A stretch of 64,000 nt of DNA from Ranitomeya imitator. Lineage: Eukaryota. The stretch covers positions 8,804,001 to 8,868,000 of the forward strand of contig NC_091290.1 of the NCBI RefSeq assembly GCF_032444005.1. Reading direction: 5' to 3'. Each line of letters begins with the position of its first letter. The first letter of the stretch is position 1. This document shows positions 9,926-22,400 of this stretch, one piece after another. A model generated the notes under the pieces. It did not search any database, had not been told where the DNA came from, and saw only the letters and a program-made list of their open reading frames with translations. Both the position numbers and the translations under genes were made by a program.

Positions 9926-12544
9926 CCCTCCGGTGTGTCTTCCTCCTTTTAGTATTAGGACTGGGGTCCTCCTATCTGGGCTTCGACCTCTGACCTCTGC
10001 CGTGTTTCCTTTCTGTCATTCTTTACCCTGGAGCCACTGTCTGATTTTTTTTTTTTTTTTTGTTTATTTTTGCTCAGAATTTCTCCAGTTTCCTCGGGGT
10101 CGCCTCCATGGACCCGCGATGCCTCCTTCCTCGGTGTTTCTCCTCTGATTGTTAGGGTTGGCATCATCCAATGTCTTTTGCTGTACGTTCGGTGGCATTT
10201 TCCTCAGAAGCTCCTGAGTTGGCATTCTTCTGGGTGCCCCCTTTGCCAGGTTCGCTCCTCACCCCGGTCCATGTATTGGTCAGTTCCGGTACTGTGCATT
10301 AGTCTGTGCCACTTGCTGCTTCTACTGATGGTGTCTGTGGGTGCAGAGACTGGCATGGATGGCACAAAACCTGATGTTAGGTTATCTCACACAAATGGTG
10401 ACGGGTCCGCCCAGAGCATCAGCTCTGCATATGGGTGTCCAGATGGGCATTGGTATCCGTCAGCACCAGTGATGGGTGGTTGAGTGCTGGGGATGGGCCG
10501 TTCAATGTAGATGCCATTATTGACGCTGCTCTGTGGTCTGCACCCTGTGACAACACTACAACTCCCAGCATTTCCTGGCAACCCAAATAATGCTTGGAAC
10601 TCAGTTTTATGCTATCCAGAGAGCAGTAGGCCCATAGTGACTTCTGGCCCGTAGTGCGACATCAGTGTTTCAGTTGTCAATTTGTGCAAGGTGTTACCAC
10701 TGTCTGGGGTGAGGAGTGGGATTTATGAGATAGTGGCAAATCTGCCCTGGACCCTGAACGTCCAGTTCTGCCATACATAGCGGGGCAGAATGGGAATACT
10801 GCAGTCTGGGAAAGCAGGGGAGCGACCACGGAGATATCCTGGAGGCCAATGCTGCTCCAGTGATTCCATCAATGTGTCACTTACTGGGCTGCTTGCTGCA
10901 GTATTTATAATAATCCTTGTTTTATCTGCTGCAGACATAGCATTTCTTTAATGCTGAGCTCAGTATAACCCCGCCCACACCACTGATTGACAGCTCTGTG
11001 TTCACTGTGCATAGGCAGAAAGCTGTGTGTGAGTGGGGTTACACAGGGCTCAACTTTCAAGCTCTGCTAGAAATGCAGCAGAGAGAACAGGGATTTTATC
11101 AAAACTGCAGAGAGCAGCCCAGTAAGTGACAGATCTCTGGAATCAGGGTCTCTGTCTCTACCTTGTGCTGCAGCCCCATTGTGCTTCCTCCTGGAAATCT
11201 ACAGTAGTCGGCGTTTTACAGCTTTTTTTTTTTTTAATGAGAAGCATCAGGAAGTTTCGGTTCTCGTGCCTGTTTCCTATCTCTGTGGAGACTGGAGGGC
11301 AATCTCTTGCCCCGTCCTCATTACCCGGCCCGTGGTTATAGAGTAATTTACGGAGGTGTAAGTCCCCGCAGGGTCGGGCATCGAGCCCTAGAATCGGCTA
11401 CTTCACTAACTTCCTCCGTATATTCCGGCCCCGAGTATCGTGTCTGCGCTGTCTCTGCCCTCGTCGGCACAGATGGATGGCAGGATGAGGACCTAAATCA
11501 GGAAAACTCAGCGCTGCGCTGAAACTTTCTCCACCGACATGTGATAAAGATGATCTGTAACACAGAAGCTTGTCTGTTCTGTATCATTAAAGGAAAGAAA
11601 AATCATGGCTGCCTTCTTCCCAAAACAGCGCCACCCCTGTTTATAGGTTGTGTCTGGTATTGCGGCTTCACTCCATCAAGGTGAACGGTGCAGAGCTGCA
11701 ATATTCCAAACTTACTCCTCCATGACGGTGACTACATGGAGCAGATGACAAAGAGGGAAACATTGAATATTCTGCTCTCTGAGCCCGGCAGACTTTGTGT
11801 TCATCCGCACAGGATTTTGCAGCATATTTGCAGCAGCCATGATGCTACCAAACGCTGCCGAAATTTCACCGACTTCACTCGTACCATTGCAGAAATCGGA
11901 AAATCTTCACATCTGACCCTTGTGAACAGATCCTTCCAGTAAACGCAGACGTAGCAGGTTTTCTGCAGAAAAATCAGCACCTGTTTAATGCGGCTTGTCA
12001 GCAGGTTTCAGTCTGCAAAGTTGAGATCAATGTTAAATTCTGCACCAAGAAGTGGCGCGCTGCGGACTCTAAAATCCGCAGCTAAAGCACATCTCCCGAG
12101 CGTGTAGATTTCTTGTGACTCCTTAACCTGCTCGTGTATTATGCTGCTGATTTTTCTCTTCATACCCTAAATTAGTAGCAGATTTGTGTGTGGAGGATCT
12201 GCAGCTGATTATTACACCATGGATGGGATTTTTATGATGTCTCATTCTCACGCTGGGAAGCAAATTATCCGGTGTTGTAATATTTTATCATGTTCTGGAG
12301 ATATAGTCCTTTGCAAGTTTACATGAAGATCCGCAGAAAATCTGCTTGTAACACAGTGATGTGAATTTTGTGGCAGCTTTCGATAAGGATTTGCCATTGA
12401 TCCCATCTCTAATTGTCAGTTGCCTCTTGGATGGTTGACGGAGACGAGCTGCTATGATGTGATGTCTCCTTTACACCGCACACACAGATATGAAGGATTG
12501 CTGCTCTCTTGTCTATGTAGCATATAAGCGGTAGCATGTAGGAC

Positions 12545-13015
12545 ATTATTCAGCAGTACTCTACTGAGCATTGTAACTGTACATCCAGCTCTTGAATAAG
12601 ATAAACCGCACTTACCAGAAAGCAGCAGCAACATGGAGGTCATTATGCAACAGTACTGAGAAGTGTAGCTGTGAATCCAGCTCTGGAATGAGAGAAAACA
12701 CTTAACAGAAAGCAGCAACAATAAGGGCATTATACAGCAGTTCTGAGAAGTGTAGCTGTGAATCCAGGTCTGAAGTACAATAAAACACTTTATAGATATT
12801 AGTGACAAAATGTACAATTGGTGGAGAAAGATTGAACTTGATGGACCTAGGTCTTTATTCAACCTACATAACTATGTAAGAAAGCAACAGCGGGTAGCAC
12901 ATTATATTGAAGTATTGAGCAGTGTGACTAGAAATCCAGCACTTAAATGGAATAAAACGCTTACTAGAGAGCAGCTGCACCATGAAGGGTTTTATACAGC
13001 AGTGTAGCTGTGAAT
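12545..13015. repeat. Degenerate tandem repeat of about 70 bp
   Basis: Recurrent cagcagt.ctgagaagtgtagctgtgaatccag...taaaacactta. Confidence 0.6.
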
Positions 13016-13332
13016 CCACCTAAGGGGGTGCAGGTCACTACTTATTATTCATGCCCCCTCCGCTCTATAGACTTGAATCGTCGGCTATAACCTGGCTGCA
13101 CGTCTATTGCTGCATAAGCAGGGGCCTGGCAGAGCTGGGTGACAATGCTTTTGGGAGATGTAGTGATGACCTTACCTGTTGTTACCCAGCGACAGGTTGT
13201 ACGTGTAGTGGAACAGGTGTGACACTACAGCTCCCAGCATGTATGGCGGTGCTGATGGCCGTATTTATGACAGTAATTTGGCAGCGTTTATTAATGCTCT
13301 GCTCCGGTTTTCTGATTTTTACAGAGCACGTG

Positions 13333-13471
13333 ATGACTTCAGAAGCTTTGTCAGATCTGCAGGACGACTTGGAGAGAGATGAAACCACCCACTCCCTGGA
13401 TCAGCTGAAGCTGGCGTCTCTCGATGACAAGAACTGGCCTTCTGACGACGTGCAGGACTTCCCCAAGTCAG
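13333..13471 (+). CDS. ARHGAP1: ARHGAP1 coding exon 1
   Basis: Acceptor at 13325, ATG 13333, [12 protein letters not shown]...FPKS, donor G|gtgatg. Confidence 0.93.
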
Positions 13472-16400
13472 GTGATGGCCGGCACCCCTGCAGACAATCC
13501 TTACTTGTTACAAAGGTCTCTTCATTAAAGGGGTAGTCCAGGACCTTACAATGGGTCGTCTATATGAGACTGGTGGAATCGGACACCCAACGCTCCCACT
13601 GATCAGTGGGAAGTGCTCCTGCGTGACCTGAAATAAGCCACGTGCGGGGCAGAACATTGCTTAGTGACTGCTGGGGGTGACGGGTTCTCTCCGGCCGTCC
13701 CATCGGCAATCAAATGATGGATGCAGCTAATGGATCTGCTGCAAGAGTCCGCTTGGTCTCCATTGCAGGACTGTAGAGCAGCCGTCCCTTTTCTTAGGGC
13801 TTCTGCTTCACCTGCGTCAGCACTGGGGGGACGTAATGTACCAACAAGACTCTGTTCATACAGTTTATAAGAGACCATGAAAGTTATTTCTGTGGCGGCA
13901 GGGATGTCCCCGTGTGACGTCATTCCCTTCATTGCACACATCTGCACAGAAACAACGCCAGCTTTGTACATTCATTGTGGTCCCGTAGAGCGATTTCGGC
14001 AGCGTCTTGACCACTATATATACCACAATTACAGTTACTTTTATACTATTCTATACAGCAGTGATCTCCAGTCCTTGCAAGACTACAACTCCCAGCATGT
14101 CTTAACAGCTGCAGGTGCAGAATAGTCTCGGAGGTGTTAACTCCAGGGTCTCAGTCACATTGCATGTGGGAATTGGCTGGTGTTACTCGGCTTCTTGGAG
14201 TGTTCACTCTTTCCCCTGATCCCGTCTTGTGGGTGTAGCACTGTTCTTGTCCTGGGGGTTCTGGGACTTTATTATAACCAAAACATTTTCTTTTCTCCAT
14301 TGCAGAGGACTCCAAAGTTTCCCCGGACCCCATCACTCACCTGCGCTGGGATGACCCTTACTACGACATTGCCCGACACCAGATTGTGGAAGTGGCAGGT
14401 ACAGATGAGCATTTTCTGGATGAGTCCATGGGAGGGTTACGTCCTTGATTCGGTCCTATTCACACTGTTTTGCGATTTGCTGTGATAATGGATGGGCTAT
14501 AGGCAGCGCTTATTTTGTGTCTTGTCGTCATGTGACGTGTATCTCTGATCAATACGGCTTTGCCCAATTTCACTTCTATTAGTTTGGGCGATATGACGGT
14601 CGTATTATGACATTGCATGTAGTGATTGTCCGTGGGTCATTCAATTCATGTGGGTTTGTAAGAACAAGTTACACACGGTCGCTGTCGTTACACCGATGAC
14701 AAACCGCTGCCGGTAATGCTAACGCCGGCTGCCACCACGCTTGCAGTGCGACCACTTTCACGTTCGGTTGCTGCAACAGTTTGTAATCTTTGGCCGTGTG
14801 ACAATTGTTGCAGATGAATTCACGGTGTAGCCCCAGCCGGTCTCTCCCTCACATAATCTGTGCTGTCAGCTGTATACGTGGCTGATTATGGTGAACGTGG
14901 GGAGTTCAGGGCACATTGCATCAGCTCCGAGTCCATACAGCTAAAATATAGTATGACGCTGTGGAATATGGAGTCGTGGCACAGCTCGGCATTGCTGCAA
15001 CCTTTTGTGGGGGGCGTAATCTAGGGGGTGTCCAGGTCAGATTTGAATTCTCCATATGGCTTTAGTGTTGCAGGACATTAATACCATACCTGCCAATTTG
15101 GAGGATGGTATCTGGAAGGGAGTGGGTCTCCTGGTGCCCGGAGCTTTCTGCTGGGAATTTTGGTCCATAACCATTACTTTATTTCCACACCATGAGTGCA
15201 TGTTCTCCACCTCTTCATGCACAGAAGCCATCTGGAATTCATGATTTCTGAAAGATTTGTCTACACTTGAAAAAGGTGAAACCTCTCATAGCTAAGTAAT
15301 GCGAACTACCGTGACATGATTTATGGCTAACAGGGAAATTCTCAGTAGACGGTGGTACAGTGTACACTACCTCCATACCAAACTGTGTCCTGTGGAGTCT
15401 TCAGTCGTTGCCCCCACCGTGTCCTCCAGACTCCTCTCACTGTGTCCTCCGCCGCCCCGCGCCGTGTCCTCCAGACTCCTCTCACTGTGTCCTCTGCTGC
15501 CCCGTGCCACGTCCTCCAGACTCCTCTCGCTGTCCGCCGCCGCCCCGCGCCGTGTCCTCCAGACTCCTCTCACTGTGTCCTCTGCTGCCCCGTGCCACGT
15601 CCTCCAGACTCCTCTCACTGTCCTCCGCCGCCCGCGCCGTGTCCTCCAGAGGCCTCTGTGTCCTCCGCCGCGCCGTGTCCTCCCGAGTCCTCACTGTCCT
15701 CCGCTGCCCCGCATCCTCCAGACTCCTCTGTGTCCTCCGCCACCCTGCGCCGTGTCCTCCAGACTCCTCACTGTGTCCTCCGCTGCCCTGCGCCGTGTCC
15801 TCCAGAGTCCTCTCACTGTCCTCCGTCGCCCCGCGCTGTGTCCTCTAGACTCCTCTCACCGTGTCCTCCGCTGCCCCACACCGTGTCCTCCGCCGCCCCA
15901 CACCGTGTCCTCCGCCGTTCTCGCCCCTTGCTCTCGTCTGCTGAACCGTAAGAGACTGTAGGACCATGTGCCCACTGCATTTCTGGTGCTTTTAAAAAAA
16001 AAAAAAAAGATCTGAGTTTTCTAATGGAAACGGCTTCAGGAATCGCTGCTTTTTTGGAGAGTTTTGGAAGAGGTTTATAAAGTTTTGATAACTTTTTACA
16101 GCCTTCTGATTGGACAGCAGCGTGTGTAGCATTTTTCATAAGGAGCTGCTTCAAAGAACTGACCGGCACTTTTTTTTTTTTTTTTTTTTTCACCGAGTTT
16201 TTCAAAACCTGGAATACCTTCAAAAACCTCTGTGCGCACCGAGCCTTAGATGGGTAAAATGGGCGACTAGTTTCTTGTTTTTGTGCTGGGTCTAATATTG
16301 TCACAATACCAGGCACAACCTGCGGATTGGGGCGGCGCTGTATATTTGGTATAAATGGGGGCCAGCTGGGTCCGGTTCTTGCCCTGCAGAGCGGATGTCG

Positions 16401-19400
16401 GGACCCCGGCTCGGTCTCCTGTGCCCCCAGGCTGCGGCCGGATCATGAGCAGCAGCTCTCAGACTTTCTGTCTTGCTCTGCAGACCAGGACATTTCTGGC
16501 ATAGTTTGCATGGCGCCTCATGTTTACTGCGCCGCAGAACCCAGGATTCCTCCAGCTCTTCTCATGAGGATCCTGATGTTAGAAAAACAAAGTCTCGCTC
16601 CTCCCTCCCTGTTTTCTAGTTGATTATTATCTCTGCACGGAACATTTACCACCACGTCTGATGGAGAAATCTCCGCAATGTTTGAAGGAACAACAATTTT
16701 GAAGCCTCGTCTCTGCATTCATTTATGTCTCTCGGATAAACAGTGAGGTCCAGAAATATTTGGACAGTGACACAAGTTTTGGCAATTTATCTGTTCACCA
16801 AAATATATTCCAGATCCAGTTCTATAATCAGTATCGGCTGGAAGTGCCGACTCTCAACTGTAATCTGAGGGATTTCACGTCCAAATTAGAGGAAGGGTTT
16901 AGGAATTACAGTTCTTTAATATGGAGTTACCTCTTTTTCAAGGCACCAAACGTAATTGGACATTTATCTCAGAAGCGCTTTAATGAGCTGCATGGGCTAT
17001 TCTCCATTAATCCATCATCAATTAAGCAGGTAAAAGGTCTGGAGCTGATTCCAGACTCGGCATTTGCATTTGGAAGCCGTTGCTGTGAACCCACAACAGG
17101 CGGTTATAGGAGCTCTCAATGGAAGAGAAACATACATCATTAAGCTGATAAACAAGGAGAAATCCACCAGAAAGATAACAGAAATGTGAGGAGCAGCCAA
17201 ATCTTCAGTTCGTACATTTTGCTGCTCAGGAACTCGCGAAGGCCTGGTCATCTCCGGGAGACAACAGTGGTGGATGATCACAGAATTCTTCTTGTGGTGA
17301 AGAAAAAACCCTTCACAACATCCACCCGAGGGAAGAACACTCTCTGGGAAAGTGGTGTCTCAGTATCTAACCTCACCATAAAGAGAAGACTTCATGAAAG
17401 CAAATACCAAGGGGTCACCAAGGCGCAAACCATTAATCAACCTGAAAATAGGCCAGATTAGACTTTGCCAAAAAATCTGAAGAAGCCGCTCAGTTCTGGA
17501 AAAGAAAACTAAGATCAACCTGATCCAGAATGATGGGTAAAAAGTTGTCTGGAGGAGGCTTGAAGCGGCTTCTGATCCGCGGCACATCCTGTGTAACATG
17601 GTGAAGGCGGTATAATGGCGCGGGCATGCATGGCTGCCAGTGGCATCGGGCCACTAGTGGTTAGTGATGATGTGACTGAAGACAGAAGCAGCCGGATGAA
17701 TCCTGTGTGAACAGATTCAGCCACATGCAGCAAGTTAGATTGGACGACGCTTCACAGGACAGACGGACAATGACCCAAAACATCCTGCCAAAGCAAAGAA
17801 GTGGAATATTCTGCAATGGCAGAGTCCTCATCAGATCTCAGCACCATTAAGCCGCACTTCACAGGATGAAGACAAAACTGAAGACAGAGCCACAAATAAG
17901 CGAGAACTGAAGTCACTGCCATAAAGGTGGCAAAGACTCACACCGGAGACCAGTAATGGTGACGTCCATGGCCTTCAGAATTCAGGCAGTCATTGCTGCA
18001 AAGCCTCACACAGGAGGAAACCAGCGATGGTGATGCCCATGGCCTCCAGACTTCAGGCCATCATTCCTGCAAAGCCTCACACAGGAAGAAACCAGGGATG
18101 GTGGCATCCATGGCCTCCAGAATTCAGGCCGTCATTGCTGCAAAACCTCAAACAGGAGGAAACCAGCGATGGTGACGTCCATGGCCTCCAGACTTCAGGC
18201 CGTCAGTGCTGCAAAGCCTCACACAGGATGAAACCAGCGATGGTGATGGCCATGACCTTCAGAATTCAGGCCGTCACTGCTGCAAAACCTCAAACAGGAG
18301 GAAACCAGCGATGGTTGACAGCCATGGCATCCAGGCTTCAGGCCATCAGTGCTGCAAAGCCTCACACAGGAGGAAACCAGTGATGGTGACGTCAATGGCC
18401 TCCATGTAGAAAAGCCGCGGAGACACCATCACTTGTTTCTCAGCGCAAGCAATAAATACCCAGGTCTTGATCTCCCTGAGGTCATTCATCCTTATGTTTA
18501 TAGACTTTCTACTAGGCACTGCTCCTAATAGCCAGTTTCCTACTCCACACTGATGAGGGGCAAATACCCCGAAACAGCTGTCTGTGGATGGATACCATGT
18601 TTTGGCATATGTGGTTGTTCCTTCCCGGTGAAAGACCTGGCTATTTATTGCTTGCGTTGAGAAACAGGCGATGGTGTCTCCGCAGTGTTGGATGTTTTGA
18701 TCTCCCCGATGTCATTCATCCTTATGTTTATAGTCAATGGCCTCCAGACTTCAGGCCGTCAACGCTGAAAAGCCTCACACTGGAGGAGACCAGAGATGGT
18801 GACGTCCATGGCCTCCAGACTTCAGACCGTCAGTGCTGCAAGGCCTCACAGAGGAGGAAACAAGCCACGGTGACGGCCATGGCCTGCAGACTTCAGTCCG
18901 TCATTGTGCAAAGCCTCAGACAAGAAGAAACCAGCAATGGTGATGTCCATGGCCTCCAGACTTCAGGTCGTCATTGCTGAAAATCCTCACACGGGAGGAA
19001 ACCAGCAATGGTAACGACCATGGCCTCCCGACTTCAGGCCGTCATTGCTGCAAAGCCTCACACAGGAAAACCAGCGATGGCCTCCAGACTTTTGGCCGTC
19101 ATTGCTGCAAAACCTCACACTGGTGACGTCCATGGCCTACAGACTTCAGTCCGTCATTGTGCAAAGCCTCAGACAAGAAGAAACCTGCAATGGTGATGTC
19201 CATGGTCTTCAGACTTCAGGCCGTCATTGCTGCAAAGCCTCACACAGGAGGAAACCAGCGATGGTGACGTCCATGGCCTCCAGAATTCAGGCCATCATTC
19301 CTGCAAAGCCTCACACAGGAGGAGACCAGTGAAGGTAACGACCATGACCCCAGACTTCAGGCCGTCATTGCTGCAAAGGATTCTCTACAAAGGACTAAAT

Positions 19401-22400
19401 AACATTTTATTGTATGGTAACGTTTATTGTCCAATTACTTTTGAGCCCCTGAAATGAGGACAGGGCCCCCATATATCACGCAGTATAGAGGGCAGATCCC
19501 CTTATATAGCTCACAGTCGAGCGGACAGATCCCCCCATATAGCGGGCAGTAGAGCGGATGGATGCCTTTCTGCGGACATTCCCACTATCATCATGGGCGA
19601 CTTCAACATCCCCATTGACACTTCCCTCTCAGCTGCCACTAAACTTCTATCTCTTGCTCCTTCGGCCTCACTCAATGGTCTTCTGCAGCCACTCACAAAG
19701 ATGGTCACACACTGGACCTCATCTTCACCCACCTCTGCTCTCTATCTAACCTCTCTAACTCACCTCTTCCACTCTCTGACCACAACTTTCTCACATTCTC
19801 ATCTCTCTCCACTCCATGTCTACAATCCCCACCCCACAAACTTTCACACCCTCGCAGAAATCTTAAACATCTTGACCTACATTCATTCTCTGAATCCCTC
19901 CTCCCTCTCACAGACATAAGTTCCATACACAATGCGGATGACGCTGCCGCTCTATATAACACCACAATAGCTGTAGCTTTGGAATCTGCTGCCCCTCTTA
20001 CACATACCAAAGCTCGCAAAATCAACAGACAGCCCTGGCACACCAGCCTGACCAAAGAACTGAGGCGAGCTTCCAGGGCTGCTGAGCGCAGATGGAATAG
20101 ATCCCACTCTAACGAGCACTTCATCACATTCAAACAGTCCCTCACTACTTTCAAGACCACACTCGCCACAGCTAAACAAACCTACTTCTCATCTCTCATA
20201 TCCTCCCTGTCTCACAACCCTAAACAGTTATTCAACACCTTCAACTCTCTCCTCCGTCCCCCAGCACCTCCTCCCTCCCCACTTATCTCCGCTGAAGACT
20301 TTGCCTCATTTTTCAAGCAGAAGATTGATAGCATTAGAGACCGTTTTGGTCAACAACCCCCAGAGCCCTTCCTCCCGACTTCCCAGCCCTCCACCTCCAA
20401 AACCAACTTCTCCACCATTACAGAAGACGGACTCTCCACTCTACTCTCAAGATCGCATCTCACCACCTGTGCACTTGACCCGATCCCATCCCACCTCATC
20501 CCAAACCTCACCACAATCTTCATCCCAACCCTAACCCATCTCTTCAACCTATCACTAACAACTGGTGTTTTCCCCTCAAGCTTTAAACATGCCTCCATCA
20601 CACCTATCCTCAAAAAGCCCTCTCTTGACCCATCCTCTATATCTAGCTATCGCCCTATATCACTTCTCCCTTGTGCCTCCAAACTACTGGAACAACACGT
20701 CCATCTTGAACTGTCCTCCCATCTCTCTTCTTGCTCCCTCTTTGACCGCCTACAATCTGGCTTCCGGTCACACCATTCCACCGAAACTGCCCTAACTAAA
20801 GTCACCAATGACCTCTTAACCGCCAAGAGCAAGCGACACTACTCTGTCCTCCTCCTCCTCGACCTATCGGCTGCCTTTGACACAGTGGACCATTCCCTAT
20901 TACTACAGATCCTCTCATCCCTTGGCATCACAGACTTGGCCCTATCCTGGATCTCATCATACCTAACAGACCGGACATTCAGCGTCTCCCACTCACACAC
21001 CACCTCCTCACCTCGCCCCCTATCTGTCGGAGTCCCACAAGGTTCAGTCCTAGGGCCCCTGCTCTTCTCCATATACACCTTTGGCCTGGGACAGCTCATA
21101 GAATCTCATGGCTTTCAGTATCACCTCTATGCTGACGACACACAGATCTACATCTCTGGACCAGATATCACCTCCCTACTAACCAGAATACCTCAATGTC
21201 TGTCCGCTATTTCATCCTTCTTCTCCGCTAGATTTCTAAAACTTAACATGGACAAAACAGAATTCATCATCTTTCCCCCATCTCACGTGACCCCCCCCCC
21301 CCCCCCCCCCCCCCCAACGAACCTATCCATTACAGTGCATGGCTGCCCACTCTCCCCAGTCCCACAAGCTCGCTGTCTTGGGGTAATCCTTGACGCTGAT
21401 CTCCTTCAAACCCCCCCCCCTATATAGCGCGCGCGCAGTAGAGCGGACAGATCCCCCCATATAGCGCGCAGTAGAGCGGACAGATCCCCCTATATAGCGC
21501 ACAGTAGAGCGGGCAGATCCCCTCTATAGCGCGCAGTAGAGCGGACAGACCCCCCCTATATAGTGCGCAGTAGAGCGGGCAGATCCCCCTCTATAGCACG
21601 CAGTTGAGTGGACAGATCCTCCTATATAGCGCACAGTACAGCGGGCAGATCCCCTATATAGCGCGCAGTACAGCGGGCAGATCCCCCTATATAGCACACA
21701 GTACAGCGGACAGATCCCCCCTATATAGCGCGCACGCAGTAGAGCGGACAGATCCCCCCCCCTATATAGCGCGCACACAGTAGAGCGGACAGATCCCCCC
21801 ATATAGCGCGCAGTAGAGCGGACAGATCCCCCTATATAGCGCACAGTAGAGCGGGCAGATCCCCTCTATAGCGCGCAGTAGAGCGGACAGACCCCCCCTA
21901 TATAGTGCGCAGTAGAGCGGACAGATCCCCCTCTATAGCACGCAGTTGAGTGGACAGATCCTCCTATATAGCGCACAGTACAGCGGGCAGATCCCCTATA
22001 TAGCGCGCAGTACAGCGGGCAGATCCCCCTATATAGCGCGCAGTACAGCGGGCAGATCCCCCTATATAGCGCCCAGTACAGCAGACAGATCCCCCTATAT
22101 AGCGCCCCGTCGAGCGGACCGATCCTCCTATATAGCAGACAGATCCCCTCTATAGCACACAGTAGTGCAGAGCTGCTGTACTGAGCACTATAGACCCCCT
22201 TCCCTATGTTATACCGGCGGGATATCAGGAGCCGCTCTTGCGTCATTGTCACGTGTGATTATTATTAGCGGCCGGTTTATTCTCCGGGGACGGCTGATGA
22301 CTTTCCCACGGCCTCGCTGCGCTGTCTGGTTTCTGAAGGAGCAGGACTGCAGCCCGATCCGGTGACACTTCCCTCCATGCAGCGTCTTGTGCGTTTACGT

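Larger units (their letters stand above)
17945..19380. repeat. About 70-bp minisatellite interrupted by an insertion at 18405-18732
   Basis: Unit tggtgacgtccatggcctccagacttcaggccgtcattgctgcaaagcctcacacaggaggaaaccagcga. Confidence 0.9.

Noticed and set aside
13051-13332. N-terminal extension of ARHGAP1 suggested by ORF 13051..13536
   Set aside because: Upstream part is intronic (acceptor at 13324/13325); similarity to ARHGAP1 begins at ATG 13333
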